Under the pieces are notes generated by a model that did no database searches, was not told the origin of the DNA, and saw only the letters and a list, made by a program, of their open reading frames with translations. The position numbers were made by a program, and so were the translations under genes. A DNA stretch of 64,000 nt from Pseudovirgaria hyperparasitica. Lineage: Eukaryota. How positions within the stretch are numbered: the first letter of the stretch is position 1; every line of letters begins with the position of its first letter. This document shows, one piece after another, positions 46,908-59,958 of this stretch. The stretch lies in NCBI GenBank assembly GCA_010093815.1, contig ML996577.1; one strand, written 5' to 3'.

Positions 46908-48415
46908 TAAAAAGACTAGACCAGCCTCCGAGCTACGACACGGACTATGTCTCACGACAGTGTTAGTCCGCGCGATATGTAAGAAGGATGAACATGGCAA
47001 GAACCTCAATTTGAGACCGCGGGGAACGTATCTTATAGATGTAGATTGTATAGCAAGAATCTTGCACATGGTCTTGTGCCATGCGAGGAAAGACGTAGAG
47101 GTAGAAGGCGGCAATTCCTTCCATTTAGTAGATACGATTTAGGACGGTATTATAGTACGAAAGCGATGTTGTTATTCATTAATGGTGGTTATCAAATGCA
47201 CACGATAGACATGATTGGTTACAACTGGCGGACATAGAGGTCTTGCTGAACTTACCCCTGAGCCGATGACATGAGTGCTATTCTTGAGCACAGCTGGCAT
47301 TTAAATTGTGTTATCCTTGGGGGAAACCCAATTTAGTACGCTCAAGCCTATCATTGTCATACTTATTCCTGAAGCAAGCCAGCGATATGATCACTGGTTG
47401 CTTTGGGGGTGGTGTGAGCTTCAAGGGTGGTGTGAGGCATCATTTTGACCATCTCATCATGTTCCAGACAAACATCTTCGCGTAAATAAGAAGAAGGATG
47501 CTAGGAGCTGGGACAAACTGTCGCATATGCCAGAGAGATACAAGAAGACAATCATCACCCATGTTGTTTTGGTCTTGTATATATTATGATAGAAACAATA
47601 CTAACACTATTGGAATAACTTGTTCACTCTCGAGTCAACCAGTCTTCTCGATCCTCAAACATCTTGTACTACTATATATTCAAGCAGTCCTCAAAACAGC
47701 TCATTTCGGCTCTATTCTATAAAGCTCCATCATTCACCTACACTACAGTCTGATTGTCATAGATGATATACGAATAGTGACATTCTTCTCAGACAGACCA
47801 AGGTCTACCTATCTTGCATAAAAAGTAGAGGGCACACTTTTTGTAAAGAAATATCTGAATTTGAAAGCAAATTCAAAAGCGTAGGGGTATCGAGAAGAAA
47901 CGCTAAACGAATGAATGAGACTACTACGTAAACTAACAACAAAGACATGCTGGGGGAAATCCTAGTCGAGGTGGTCACATGGCAAATCGTCAAATTCGAC
48001 ATATGTTCATTTCATGGTTCGAGTAATAGTCTGAGTTGCAGAATGATATAGTTCAGCGAAAGTGGAAACAGCCCTAGCAATGATGGCATGTTGATTTGTT
48101 GTAAGTCTATGGATTCACGCGTGAGTTACCAGTCATTGGGTGTCGATGAACAGAGTTTGAGTATGGATGTTCGATGTTGAGCAGTCACTTGTAGCCTTCC
48201 CTATGCGATCTTGGTCGATCAAGAGTAATTATCCCTTCAGATTATTTACCCTCCACCAGGTGGCTATATTGGGCTCTCGTATGTCAGGTATGATAAACAA
48301 AAGGAAAACCGATTCGTCCAAGATTCCCTCACAAATACTCCAATATACAACTTCCATTATATCAGACAGCCATCCCACCATACCAACCAATTCATCGTCT
48401 AACATCGCTCACGCG

Positions 48416-49966
48416 TCACCTCCTTTTGGTAACACCAGTGACAACTAATGTTCCACTCCCAATCTCCACCTTCCATCCTTCTCTCACAAGCATGGCACCT
48501 ACAGCAGGCCCCAACTTGCCCCTCCCTCCCTGACTGTGACTACCCTTCCCCGTGATCACGCGAAAACCACTTCCAACCCCGGGCCTCTCCCCTCGGCCAT
48601 ATTTTGTATCTCCAAGCTCGTGCCACCAGCTCGTAACCTTCTCGCGAGTGATCCGAGTCGCATCTTTAACACTCACGCCATGCAGGTCCAGCGATGTAGG
48701 CGTTGACTGAGTCGCCACCAACGAATCTGCATCTGCGGAACGGGCTGCTTTGAAGGCAGAGTCGTAATCGCGGCCGACTTGTCCGTAGTATCCAGCAGCG
48801 GCGCGCATTAGGGGATCGGAGCGGCCCTTGCGCCATGCTGAGCTGGCAGATTGGAAGGCCGCTGAGCGTGCGGAGCCGAGCGAGGATGTGCTTTGATTTG
48901 TTGTGCGCGAGGAGCCGGACGATGGTGAGAGAGGTGTGGTGGCTTCTGAGAGGTCGATGGGCGCGTAGTGCTGGACGATTTGGATACCGCCTGTGGGAGG
49001 GGTTGAAGGGCGAGTTAGAGCTTTTGCGAGTTCGTGGGCGGCGGCGGTGGAAGGATGGGTAAGCCTGATCAGCGCTATGGCATGATATATAGTGATGGTT
49101 TGGAATTCGTCGACCAGCTCGAGAGCAGATTCCAGGCCAGGAGCGGTGTTGATGTTATCTTCAGCATGGACTTTGGTGTTGGCCTCAAGGAGGGCCTGTA
49201 TAGTTGCTGGCACTGACGCGCCGGCTTGATGATATGCTGATGAGACAGTAGTTCGTGATAGATTCGTGCGTGTCGAGATAAATCCTATAGCATCCAAGCC
49301 GGTCTCCCACTTGTTTGAGCGTGTTGCCTCCGAGGCTGTAGGTGATGCATCTGCGCTTGGACCTAAGTATTGATTTCCTCGGCGAGCCTTCTTTCCCTTC
49401 TTCTTCCTTCTCCGCACTTGCATATCGTCATCATCGAAGAATGCATCAACGCTTTTGGTTGCGACCTGTTCATCGCCAGTAGTACCCTCAAAGTAAACTT
49501 GGTTCAACAGCTCATCCGTAGCTCTCTCAAAGTTGTTTCCACACTTCTTTAACGTGTAAGAGATTTTTGATATATTTAGAGTAGGGAAAGTTTCACTTAG
49601 ACGGGCCTCCTTCGTAGACGTATCGAATTGTTCGAATTCGCCAAAGAAGTTAGCCCTCTCGTGTTCTGGTGTTCCATCAGATGACGAGACTCCGCTGGAA
49701 ATTGTCGTGATTCCACTCTCTGTGGATGCACCGCCTGGGTCCGACAGTGTGTACTCTGTTGTATGCCTTAGCGTTGCACTTCCGGACGCGTCGAAGTCTA
49801 GATATTGCTCCGCTAGTGCATTAGCCTTGATAGGTTCTAGCACTTCGCGTGCCTGCTTCAATATTTGCTCTTCGCTTCCTTCGAAGTCATGGTATATGGC
49901 GTACACTAATGCAGGCTCGAGTGGAGGGCAAAATTCGGTCTCGAGTACCGATAACGGATCGGCCAT
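48416..49966 (-). CDS. CUE-like + Smr-domain endonuclease (Cue2/N4BP2-like); intronless
   Basis: CUE-like LSETFP...ATDELLN; C-terminal LDLHGVSV and VITGKGSHS; likely start MADPLS at 49966. Confidence 0.85.
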   Translation of the reverse strand: MADPLSVLETEFCPPLEPALVYAIYHDFEGSEEQILKQAREVLEPIKANALAEQYLDFDASGSATLRHTTEYTLSDPGGASTESGITTISSGVSSSDGTPEHERANFFGEFEQFDTSTKEARLSETFPTLNISKISYTLKKCGNNFERATDELLNQVYFEGTTGDEQVATKSVDAFFDDDDMQVRRRKKKGKKARRGNQYLGPSADASPTASEATRSNKWETGLDAIGFISTRTNLSRTTVSSAYHQAGASVPATIQALLEANTKVHAEDNINTAPGLESALELVDEFQTITIYHAIALIRLTHPSTAAAHELAKALTRPSTPPTGGIQIVQHYAPIDLSEATTPLSPSSGSSRTTNQSTSSLGSARSAAFQSASSAWRKGRSDPLMRAAAGYYGQVGRDYDSAFKAARSADADSLVATQSTPTSLDLHGVSVKDATRITREKVTSWWHELGDTKYGRGERPGVGSGFRVITGKGSHSQGGRGKLGPAVGAMLVREGWKVEIGSGTLVVTGVTKRR

Positions 49967-50531
49967 TTGGGGGTTGCTGTTGAGATGTTCGCACGTTAGG
50001 TGGAAGGTGGTACATGCTCGGGGTGCGTGTTGTGCTGTTATGAGAGACCGTGAGTACTGTACCACGTCCGTTAGAGCGACGTTCGGAATGCACAGGATGT
50101 AGAAGAAAAGTTGGGTTTAAGTGTCTTAAAGTTCGGAAGTCGAGGGCTGTAGTTGTATGGTTATATGACGCACTTGTTTGTGACTGTGGGGCTTCTAGGT
50201 ACTATTAATAGTTAAAATCTTGGCACATATGAGTTGCGCTAGTCACTGAAAGTGCCGGCCCTAAAGGCAGACGCTTCAAGCGCAAGACTGCGAACTACAG
50301 TGTATAGATTGTACACAATGCGCGAGCTAGATTTCTCTCAAGTTCCTCATGTACCATCCGACAAGCTCCCACCCAGTCCAACAGTGCCTTGAGACCTCTC
50401 GTGGCTAAATCAAATAGTATAGAACAGACAGAGAATGGAAGTGAATCACAACCTAACAAAATGCTCCATAGCCAATCGATAGCTTTTCCGTAACCGTCTG
50501 TGTAAAGCCGATAGTACACTGTTGTTAGACA

Positions 50532-51517
50532 TCAGACGCCATTAGATTCGTCATCTGCGCTCGTTCCAACCCTGAAAACGCTATAGGTGTGTCAGCCAAT
50601 GCTTAAGGGTATGATCGCTTAAGAAACATACAGGTGGCTCTCGTAGTATTGAATCATCTTTTGTGGACACTTGGTGTTGAGTACCCGGAGCGCATGCTGC
50701 GACCGCTTGCCATCATTCCAGAAGACATATGCGATACGCTCGACTTGTCCGGTCTTCGGGTTTACAGTCTCTTCGATTGTATCGACTGAATTAATATGCC
50801 CGTCCCATGAGCCCTTGGGTAGATCGAAGTTGTTACTATTCTTAGCCGCCGTGGGTTCGGGCGAAACGTCCTCAGAGACCTTTCCTCTCTTCTTTCCCGT
50901 TCCAGCCTTGACAGCCGGGCTGTCGACAGCAGTTGCGCTGCGCTTTCGTCCCTTGCTCTGTTTACCTTGCTGGCGTGGCTCGGGACGTCCACCAATTTCT
51001 TTGAAATATGCCGCAAGAATCTCTGGTGCTGTGTCTCTAGTGATTGATATTAGAGAGTGTCATTGTGTCACCGTAAAGATACTTACAAGTTGTCCTCGGG
51101 TTCCCAAGTCAGATCTTCGGGTTGGTCGTACCCCACCCATTTGACTTGATATTCTACAGTACCCTGGAAAAGTTATATGAGCTACGTTGCCCACGATGGA
51201 CTCAGGAACAAACCACTTACCTTCTTGTTGTATGTGTGCTTCAGGATCTTCTCGACCACGTACCTGGATCAAGCGTCAGAGTGTGTATCTAGGCTCTCCA
51301 AGCGTTCAGGTTTGCGCCTACTCGTCTCCATCGAGCTCTTCATCATCATCGTCGTCTTCTTCCTTCGCTGCTGGTACGTCTGCCGCTGTAACACCTCTTG
51401 GTGCGATCTCGTCCTCAGATGCGGAATCTTCAGAGTGGTCGGAAATTTGAGCTATTTTGCATGCCATTAGCATACAGCTACTAATTGCTCGAGCTGCGGT
51501 AGAGACGTACGAGGCAT
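50532..51517 (-). CDS. HP1: Heterochromatin protein 1 (HP1/Swi6/HepA), chromo + chromoshadow domains, multi-exon
   Basis: Spliced MPPQISDHSED; chromodomain YVVEKILKH..YQVKWVGYDQPEDLTWEPEDN; chromoshadow CPQKMIQYYESHLVF. Confidence 0.9.
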
Positions 51518-51519
51518 GA

Positions 51520-51630
51520 TGCGCGAAGTGTTACGCGATGCGAGGCGCGGCGCGTTGATTTTTGGGCAATGTGCAATTTGCGTGGACTGTCAGGCTGCGC
51601 GGTGTAATTCGAAAGGTTTGACGCGTCTAA
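51520..51630. promoter_or_regulatory. CGCG/MCB-like cluster in the divergent HP1/CCT5 promoter
   Basis: GCGCGAA, TACGCGA, GCGCGGCGCGT and ACGCGT (51621-51626). Confidence 0.45.
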
Positions 51631-51959
51631 AACCAATTGCGACGATGGTTTACATGTACGAACGCTGAGCGTCGCTGAGAAATAAAGTATGGAGGAAGAT
51701 GGTTGGGTGGCTGGCAAAGAAAGAGCGGAGACAGAGGGCGGACGCTAGCGGTGGATCGTGAGAGCTGGTTCACGTTAGGTTTTCGCGATGCTTCACCTCA
51801 CAATTTTTGCCGGGCAGTCAACTCCACTTCGGCCTTATATCCTGTGCGCTTGATACCCCTCCATAGTTCTCGCCGTATATTCAATTCCGTACACAGGTCT
51901 CCGCCACAGACGTATCTTGGAATTCGTTTTCAAAACCCCTTGAGGGCTGTCAAATCATC

Positions 51960-53974
51960 ATGGCTATGCGTACGTGTTCCAGGCTCCAAATACGTACAAA
52001 GCTCACGAAGAGAGCTTTGTACTTGTACTATCCCTATAATATGAACCTAGCTAACTGCTGTACTCGCAGAACTTGATATGTCTAACGGTAAACGACGTCC
52101 CTGAGGTTCTTCTAGTCCCCACTATCCAGTATTGACAGAGTGTAGCCCAGGTGGTAAAGGACGAGTCCGGGCGGCCTTTCATCGTTGTCAGAGAGTATGG
52201 ACTCCCACTATTACTTATCCCCGAAACCTGCGACTGATATGCGTACAGCCAGGGCAAGAAGAAGCGCCAGCATGGGAACGAAGCTGTAAAGTCTCACATT
52301 CTAGCGGCAAGGACTGTCGCGAACATTGTCAAAACATCGCTTGTAAGTCATACTGAAAACATGGGGCGGTCTTGTACTGACACTGTGCAGGGTCCTCGTG
52401 GCCTGGACAAGATCCTCATCTCGCCCGACGGCGACATCACGGTGACGAACGATGGTGCAACTATTCTCTCACAGATGGAAATTTCGAACCATGTTGCAAA
52501 ACTCCTGGTGGAATTGTCAAAATCACAAGACGACGAGATTGGTGATGGCACGACAGGTGTAGTTGTGCTCGCAGGGGCTTTACTCGAACAAGCAGCAGAT
52601 CTTATTGACAAGGGCATCCATCCCATACGGATAGCAGATGGCTACGACCAGGCTTGCGAGGTTGCTGTTGCAGAGTTGGACAGGATTAGCGATACCATCC
52701 CTTTCTCAAAAGAACAGACATCAAATCTTTTCAAGGTCGCCAAGACCAGCTTAGGAAGCAAGATTGTGTCAAAGGCACACGACCAGTTTGCTCAGATTGC
52801 TGTTGACGCCGTCCTTTCTGTAGCAGACTTGGAGCGCAAGGATGTGGATTTCGAGCTCATCAAGGTAGATGGCAAGGTCGGTGGACGGCTCGAAGACACA
52901 CTTCTTGTCAAGGGCGTAGTCGTCGACAAGGACTTCTCGCACCCACAGATGCCGTCAGAGGTCAGGGATGCCAAGCTAGCGATCCTGACGTGCGCTTTTG
53001 AACCGCCAAAGCCAAAGACCAAGCACAAGCTTGACATCACGTCGGTTGAGGAGTTCAAAAAGCTGCAGAAATACGAATCTGGCAAATTTACAGAGATGAT
53101 CCAACAGATCAAGGACACTGGCGCGAACGTAGTCATATGTCAATGGGGATTCGACGACGAGGCAAACCATCTGCTACTCACAAACGAGCTTCCGGCGGTG
53201 AGGTGGGTTGGTGGCCCAGAGATCGAGCTGATTGCGATTGCAACGAACGGTCGCATCGTGCCACGGTTCGAGGACCTGAGCGCTGAGAAGCTTGGAAAAG
53301 CAGGAATCGTGCGAGAGATGTCGTTTGGAACGACCAGGGACAAGATGCTTGTGATTGAAGAGTGCGCAAATACCAGAGCAGTCACAGTGTTTGTCAGGGG
53401 CAGCAACAAGATGGTACGTCTCACAGGCCCCGGTAGACGGCAATATGGCAGTTACTAACGATAGGGCTCAAGATTATCGATGAGGCAAAACGATCCCTCC
53501 ACGACGCCCTTTGTGTGGTGCGTAATCTTGTCAAAGACAACCGCATTGTCTATGGAGGAGGGGCGGCCGAGATTGCATGCTCACTTGCGGTCGAGGACGC
53601 TGCTGTGAAGGTGAGAGACCCGTTCTGTACTCGGATGTAAGTAGCTAACATGATGCCAGAGTCCTGGTCTTGAGCAGTACGCAATGCGCGCCTTCGCCGA
53701 GGCCCTGGATGCGGTGCCCATGGCACTTGCAGAAAATTCTGGTCTAAGCCCTATCGAAACGCTCGCGTCTATCAAGTCAAGACAGGTCAAGGAGAAGAAC
53801 ACGAGACTGGGTGTGGATTGTATGCAGACAGGCAGCAACGACATGCGTGAGCACTTTGTCATCGACCCCCTGATCTCAAAACGCCAGCAGCTTCTGTTAG
53901 CAACGCAGTTGTGTCGGATGGTACTGAAGGTCAACAATGTGATCATAGCGGGTAGCGACGAGAACGACTTCTAG
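51960..53974 (+). CDS. CCT5: T-complex protein 1 subunit epsilon, multi-exon
   Basis: Spliced [74 protein letters not shown]. Confidence 0.95.
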
Positions 53975-54269
53975 GCATGCATTCTTTGTGTGGACTGGAC
54001 AGTGCAGCAGTTATGTTGGCATGAGTCAATCGGTCAGAGCTTGGAATGTAGAGTGCTTTATAGATAGAGAAAAGTACATGATCAAGCTACGAGATTTGTG
54101 GTTGACGGGGAAATTCCGCAACTGTGTTTCCGTTGACGTAATATGCTGCTATAGCAGCGATTACGCGCTAGTCGCGTCTAAACTGTGCTGACTACCTAGC
54201 TGCGCGTCTTCCACCTCGCGCGCACGCTTCAAACACAAACAATACAATTCCGACACCATCGCCATTGCC

Positions 54270-55574
54270 ATGTCCGGGCTACTATCTCAGCGCCATTCTG
54301 TCATTGGCTCGCAAATTGCGAAACTCGAGCTTCCCCCATACGAGTCGCCAAAGTATGCATTGACCGTCGACGCGCAACGCAAGCTGGACGCACTACACAA
54401 AGGGAGGTTCGATAGTGTGAAGAAGTACTACGAGGATGCTCTGGAAAACCTTGCGGTCGCAGCCAACGGGCTAGGCGACGCGCTCGTGAGAAGGGAACGC
54501 GAGGCGGCAGACAACAAGCGCAAGAGGGACAACGACGAGGGCGAGACTGGCGATGAGGACGGGTTTGAACGCTTCAGGAGCGAGGTCGATGGCAGGACGA
54601 GAAAGATGGAGATGATGACACGGAAGCTGATCGATCGGAGGGAGACGCTCGAGTACATGGAGGAAGGCATCAAAGGGCTGAAGACACAGGCGTCGCAGTC
54701 GTCGCAGTCGTCGCAGTCGTCGCAGGCCGCAAGTCAGAGACGGCAGGCCGCAAGCCAAGCCAGGAGCCGACGAGGAGGAAGACGACGCGGTGGGAATGAG
54801 AGTGAGGATGACGACAGCGACCCAGACCCGACACTGCCAGGCACCGTCCCGCCCACTGCCGCAGACGAAGCCGCCGCCGACGACGACGACGAAGAAGAAG
54901 TGCCCATCCCATCCCTCCACAAAACATACCACGCCCAACTCGAGTCCAAAACAGCAACCTACAAAGCCTACCCCGCCGCCACAAGATACGCCGAGCAAAA
55001 CAGCTACATCCAGTTCCGCAAAGCCGTGCACGACGGCCTCCGCAAGGACGCAGACATGCCCCACGCACGAACCTGGTTCACGCCCGACGGCAAGCCGGCC
55101 AACCTGACCTCGACCGACCTGCTCGCGCAGGCGGCCGCGGCCGGCGACGAGGACTCGGAGCTCATCCTCTCGCGCGCCAAGATGTCGCTCAAGTGCCCGA
55201 TTACGCTGCTGCCGTTTGAGCGGCCCGTGACGTCGACGGTGTGCCGGCATAGCTTCGAGAGCGAGGCGGTGCTGGATATGATTAGGCGGAGTGTGGGGCC
55301 GCCGAGGGGGGAGGCGGCGCATCCGGGCGGTGCGCCGGCGAGGTGGCTGAAGGGCCAGGTGAGGTGGATTTTGTGTCCGGTGTCGGGGTGTCATGAGCAG
55401 TTGCGTGAGGGTGATTTGAGGGAGGATAGGTTCCTGCGGGAGAAGGTGAAGAGGATGCTGAGGGAGGATGGGGAGGAGGGGAGTGAGAGTCGGGACGAGG
55501 GGGAGCAGGATGGTAGTGAGGGCGGGCATGGGGACGGGTTTGAGTCGATTGATGAGGAGGGCGAGGACGAGTGA
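54270..55574 (+). CDS. MMS21: Smc5/6 SUMO E3 ligase (Nse2/Mms21), SP-RING; intronless
   Basis: DSELIL..KMSLKCPITLLPFERPVTSTVCRHSFE...CPVSGC; N-terminal coiled coil. Confidence 0.8.
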   Translation: MSGLLSQRHSVIGSQIAKLELPPYESPKYALTVDAQRKLDALHKGRFDSVKKYYEDALENLAVAANGLGDALVRREREAADNKRKRDNDEGETGDEDGFERFRSEVDGRTRKMEMMTRKLIDRRETLEYMEEGIKGLKTQASQSSQSSQSSQAASQRRQAASQARSRRGGRRRGGNESEDDDSDPDPTLPGTVPPTAADEAAADDDDEEEVPIPSLHKTYHAQLESKTATYKAYPAATRYAEQNSYIQFRKAVHDGLRKDADMPHARTWFTPDGKPANLTSTDLLAQAAAAGDEDSELILSRAKMSLKCPITLLPFERPVTSTVCRHSFESEAVLDMIRRSVGPPRGEAAHPGGAPARWLKGQVRWILCPVSGCHEQLREGDLREDRFLREKVKRMLREDGEEGSESRDEGEQDGSEGGHGDGFESIDEEGEDE

Positions 55575-55881
55575 AGAGGTGATGTGGCTGGGCAATTGAC
55601 TGTCTGAGGCTGAACAAAGTGTGTAGTGCTCATGAGTGACGAGAAGGCATCATGATGCCTTTCCTGTGAATGGCACACGCCAGCACTCTTGAATGCCATG
55701 GAATGACGGCAGGCAGACCTGATGACTTGCTGGCCATGAGTGTATACATGCCAAAACCTCACAGTTCCTAGAACGACAAAACTAATTCTCCTAGACCAAC
55801 ATCAAACTCACAATCATAATCACGATCACGCTCAGGCAGCAGCAAAGAAACCAGCAATCTCACGCTTCCAACGCGGCAACA

Positions 55882-56919
55882 ATGCCAAACTTCAAAGGTG
55901 CCCTCCCCCTTTTCTTCTACAGCCTCACATACAGCCTCACATACATATATATATATATACACAAAAAAGCACACCCGCAAACTAACAGAAAAAACCCTCA
56001 AACAGCGCTCCTCACCGGCCGCACGCCACTCTACATACTCGCGATCCCGGTGCTCGTGCTCTACGGTGCGTTGCCTCTTTCTTGGAGTGTGATGTTTTCA
56101 AGAGAAAATGCTTACTAACACTTGACGTCCCCTTGGGTATCCAGCGCTCCTCCTGGCGGCATGCACATCTCCAGCTAGCGTGCTGGCAAACATGTACCTC
56201 GTCAAACTAACCGCTGGTGCGGACGAGGCGCGGATTGGGTTTTTCGGTTTGGCTGTCCTCTCTACATACGTGCACAGCTAACAAACCACAAAGGCATCTG
56301 CACCAGCACCTCCTCCTCGCAAACCCTCCTCTGCACCACATCCCCCCCTTCCCCCTCATCCACACCCACAAACCCCCTCACCACCCCCGCACACACCCTC
56401 CAAAAAAGCACCTTCTACCCCCTCCTCGCCGGCAGCGCAGCACTCTACATCCTCTCCCTCCTCCTCTTCCTCTCCCTATCTTTCCTCTCCGGGCTGAATT
56501 CCAAACCCACCGCCAAAGCAGGCCTATCGACAGCGTGTACGGTACTACTATATATCAGTCTCGCATGCGTGGTTGCGCAGGCGGTGGGGCTGGATATGGT
56601 TGGGAAGGGGCTGGTTGGGGTTCTTGGTGATGGTGAAGGGGATGGGGTGGAGGGTGTGGAGGGGGGGGATATGAGTGGGAGTGGAGGGAGTGGGAGTGGG
56701 AAGGGGGGAAATGTTGTGAGGGTTGAGAGGGGGGTTGTGNNNNNNNNNNNNNNNNNNNNNNNNNNNNNNNNNNNNNNNNNNNNNNNNNNGGGAAAGGGGT
56801 GGGGATGGGGGTGGGGATGTGTAGAGGGAGAAGGAGGGGAGAAGGAGGGAGAAGGAGGGAGAAGGAGGGAGAAGGGGAAGGGGAAGGAGGGAGTGGTGGA
56901 AGAAGAAGGTGTAGGGTGA
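55882..56919 (+). CDS. Fig1/SUR7-like claudin-fold membrane protein, multi-exon, spans the assembly gap
   Basis: Manual splicing gives MPNFK..LYALLLAACTS..MYLVKL..EARIGFF|GICTS...C followed by two further TM helices; 3' end uncertain because of the Ns. Confidence 0.6.
56740..56789. other. Assembly gap (50 N)
   Basis: Run of N inside a very G-rich tract. Confidence 1.
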
Positions 56920-59736
56920 TGGCTGATTGTCGTCAGTTGTGAGGTATTCATTTTATCTTGGAGAGAGTGCTGCCTGAGGAATGAGGCACGCGAATATATC
57001 CCACCCCTACCCTAACTACCCTATCCCACGCACATCTCTAATTAGCATCTGACCCTCACCCGCCCCGTTCTCACAACGGTCCCGAACGAAGCCAACAAGC
57101 CACAAGCGCCGCCAGTCCGCCTTATCCGGTCTGTTCTGCCGGCCGGTGTCTAATCACTAGCCCCTACAAGCCTCGGTCCGTAATATTACATACATAGGTA
57201 CGTACTGTAGTAGTAGTAGCAGTAGCAGGCAAGCCGATCGACAAGCCGAGGGAAGCAAGGGCGCGCGAGATCGACCGGATCAGCAGAGAACGGCACCGGC
57301 AACGAAACACGCGAAAAGGCCACGTGGGAAGACAGGCGGGGTCAATGGGCAAAGATGCAAGTACATAAGTACGATGATGCATGGGAGGGGCGCAGATCGC
57401 TGTTGCTTGGGGTTGAGTAGAAAATAGAGGCTTAATGGATGGTGATGGGGAGTGAGGTGTGTCTGCCCACCTGCCTACGATGTTGCGAATAATAATAATA
57501 TTTTGTGCGTGCGTTGTGGGAACTTTGGTAAATTAGACGTGGCAAAATTAATTAACGTGTCTACTAAGTCTATCTATGTGCTATATATACGTGCCTAACG
57601 CTGAATAAGTTCTGAGTAATGAGGATTACCTAATAGGAATCCCACAGCGTGTGTGTGGCGAGATCACATGACCCGCCATGGTTCATGGTCGTTCGAACTT
57701 TGTGTGTCTAGGGCGGTGTTACTGTTACTGTTACTGTAGCGAAAGTGTAAAGTGCACGGGGCAGTTGATGGGCATGGAAGAAGGAAGGAATGATGGAAGG
57801 ATGGTTGTAGTAGAAGAAAGGAAGGAAGGAAGGAACGAAGGATTGGAATGCATGGAAAAGGTTTTTCGGTGGGGACGATCCATCATGGCACGTGGAAAAG
57901 AAGTGCCGTTTTGTCAGTCCGTCCGTCTGTCTGTCTATCTACAGTATTAGCTGTCTAGGCAGCGATTGTGCTAATCAACATCGACATGAAGCCCGACGCC
58001 GCCGTTTGAAGTGCGACGACGCTGTGCGATGGGGGATTGCTTTTTGTGTCTTGTCTGTCAAACCACTACAAGCAACAATCAGCACCTACAGTACTGTAGC
58101 CGCTTCCACAACGTCCAGACCTGATTACTGCCCTTGGACGACAACAACAACAACGCTGCTGGACGGAGTCCGATGTCGGGGGACTTCAACAGCAGGGAGT
58201 CCCCTCCAAAAAAAGGGCAATTAATTACTTAGCAGGGCAAAGGGTGCGGCGGCGGCGGATGATGATGCATGGGTAAATTTACTGTAGCAGGATTGAGTCG
58301 AGTGGAGGTTGTGATTTGACGGGGAGAGGGTTTTTCTGTAGATGTAGCCTTCCTTGGCTAGTGAGGCGTGACGACGGGGTTTCGGATTTGCGAGATTTGA
58401 AACAAAGGCTGTTTCCCCCGATTCTGGTAATTAGCGGGACGACGTTGGAAGCTTGGATGTATGTACATATGTATACTAGGTATGTAGTACTACTACTACC
58501 CTATGTACCTAGGATGTATGTAGTATGCACAATGTACCTAGCTAGTATGTCGTGTGTAATATGTCGGTAGGTGGTGGTAGGGACGTTACATGTTCACCGT
58601 TCACCGCAATGGCCAGAACAGCCAGCCAGCCAGAGCGGCCGGCGTTGCGCTGGTTTGGGGCCGCCGGCTGGTGGGCAGAAGAAGACGACGACGACGACGA
58701 CGAAGAAAAAGCACGGATTTTGCAATTTGCTATGCACAAGGGGGGGATCTGGCGCCTTGAGACGAGGAAGATGAGAGGGAGAGCGTGTAGAGCAAGGTTG
58801 GCAGCAAAGTAAAGACGGGTCGGTCAGAGAGTGAGTGGAGAATGCAATCAAAACAGCTTGACACGCCCCTGGTATCTGCTACAAGGGTGTGTGTGTGTGT
58901 GGTCGCGTCATGCTTAGATGGGAGAGAGAGAGAGGCCTACGAGAAGAGTAGAAAGATATATCATAAATGTATATACTATGCAAATTACACTATGAAGATA
59001 GAGGGATAATTATAGGGACATGTTGAACAGAGATAGCTACTAGATAGTGAGAGATTATGGCGATACCACAGTATCATCATCAACATAGAGCAGCGATACC
59101 CGGCTGATAGCAACACTAGGGGCAAACTTAAGTTTGAGCAGCAAGCAGCCTCCCCAGCCAGCAGCGCACCCGAGCTCACGACAAGACTGGCTGCTGTCCA
59201 GTCAGTTCCAGTGCAGTGGTGGAGTTTAAACCAGAGTGTTTATGATTAGTGTGTAAGAGAGAAGTAATAAGGTGGCCCTGAAGAGGAAAGCAAAGGAGAA
59301 GAAGACGGAGAAGGAGAAGAAGAAGAAAAAAAGGATAGAGAGAGAGCGAAAGACAAGTTGAACGTCGTCGTCAGCTTCTTCTTTCTTGCTGGCCATAATA
59401 TCAATCCTTGCAATTCTCGTTTTCTTTTGCGCTGCTTGCTGCTGCTGCTGCTGCATCTTCTTGTCTGTGGTCTGACTGTCGCCGTCGTCGCTGAGAGTAT
59501 CATCATCACCACCACTACCACCACCATCATCATCATCATCAACTCAAACCGCCCTCCTGTCGCCTGTGCCTGCATCATCCAGCTCGCCGTCCAAGACTCC
59601 AAGACTCCAAGAAGAAGACTACAGCACTCCAGGCTGTGGGCAGTGCAGTCTGCATCCGCCTTTCTCCACAGCTTCTGCAGCCTGCGTCGACTCTTCTCTG
59701 CAGCGTGCATCCGTCGAATCAGCCGGTCGCGTCGTC

Positions 59737-59737
<1 letters not shown>

Positions 59738-59777
<40 letters not shown>
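59738..59777. repeat. (AC)20 microsatellite
   Basis: Read directly. Confidence 0.97.
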
Positions 59778-59779
<2 letters not shown>

Positions 59780-59930
59780 CTCTCTCTCCAGCCTTTTTCC
59801 CCCACAAATCAACAAAACTGCGCAGCTTTTTCCAGTTGATTGATTAGATCCATTTGCAGGCCGCACCAACTGTCCACTCACTCAGTCTCCACTCGCCTTG
59901 TCCGCTGTCGTACCAACTGGACACGGCCTG

Positions 59931-59958
59931 TCAGTCAGTCAGTCAGTCAGTCAGTCAG
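59931..59958. repeat. (TCAG)7 microsatellite just upstream of STE20
   Basis: Read directly. Confidence 0.95.

Noticed and set aside
39400..48200. Starship or other large autonomous mobile element
   Set aside because: No tyrosine-recombinase captain, transposase or defined boundaries are visible.
54471..55595. 374-aa - strand ORF
   Set aside because: Antisense shadow of GC-rich MMS21.
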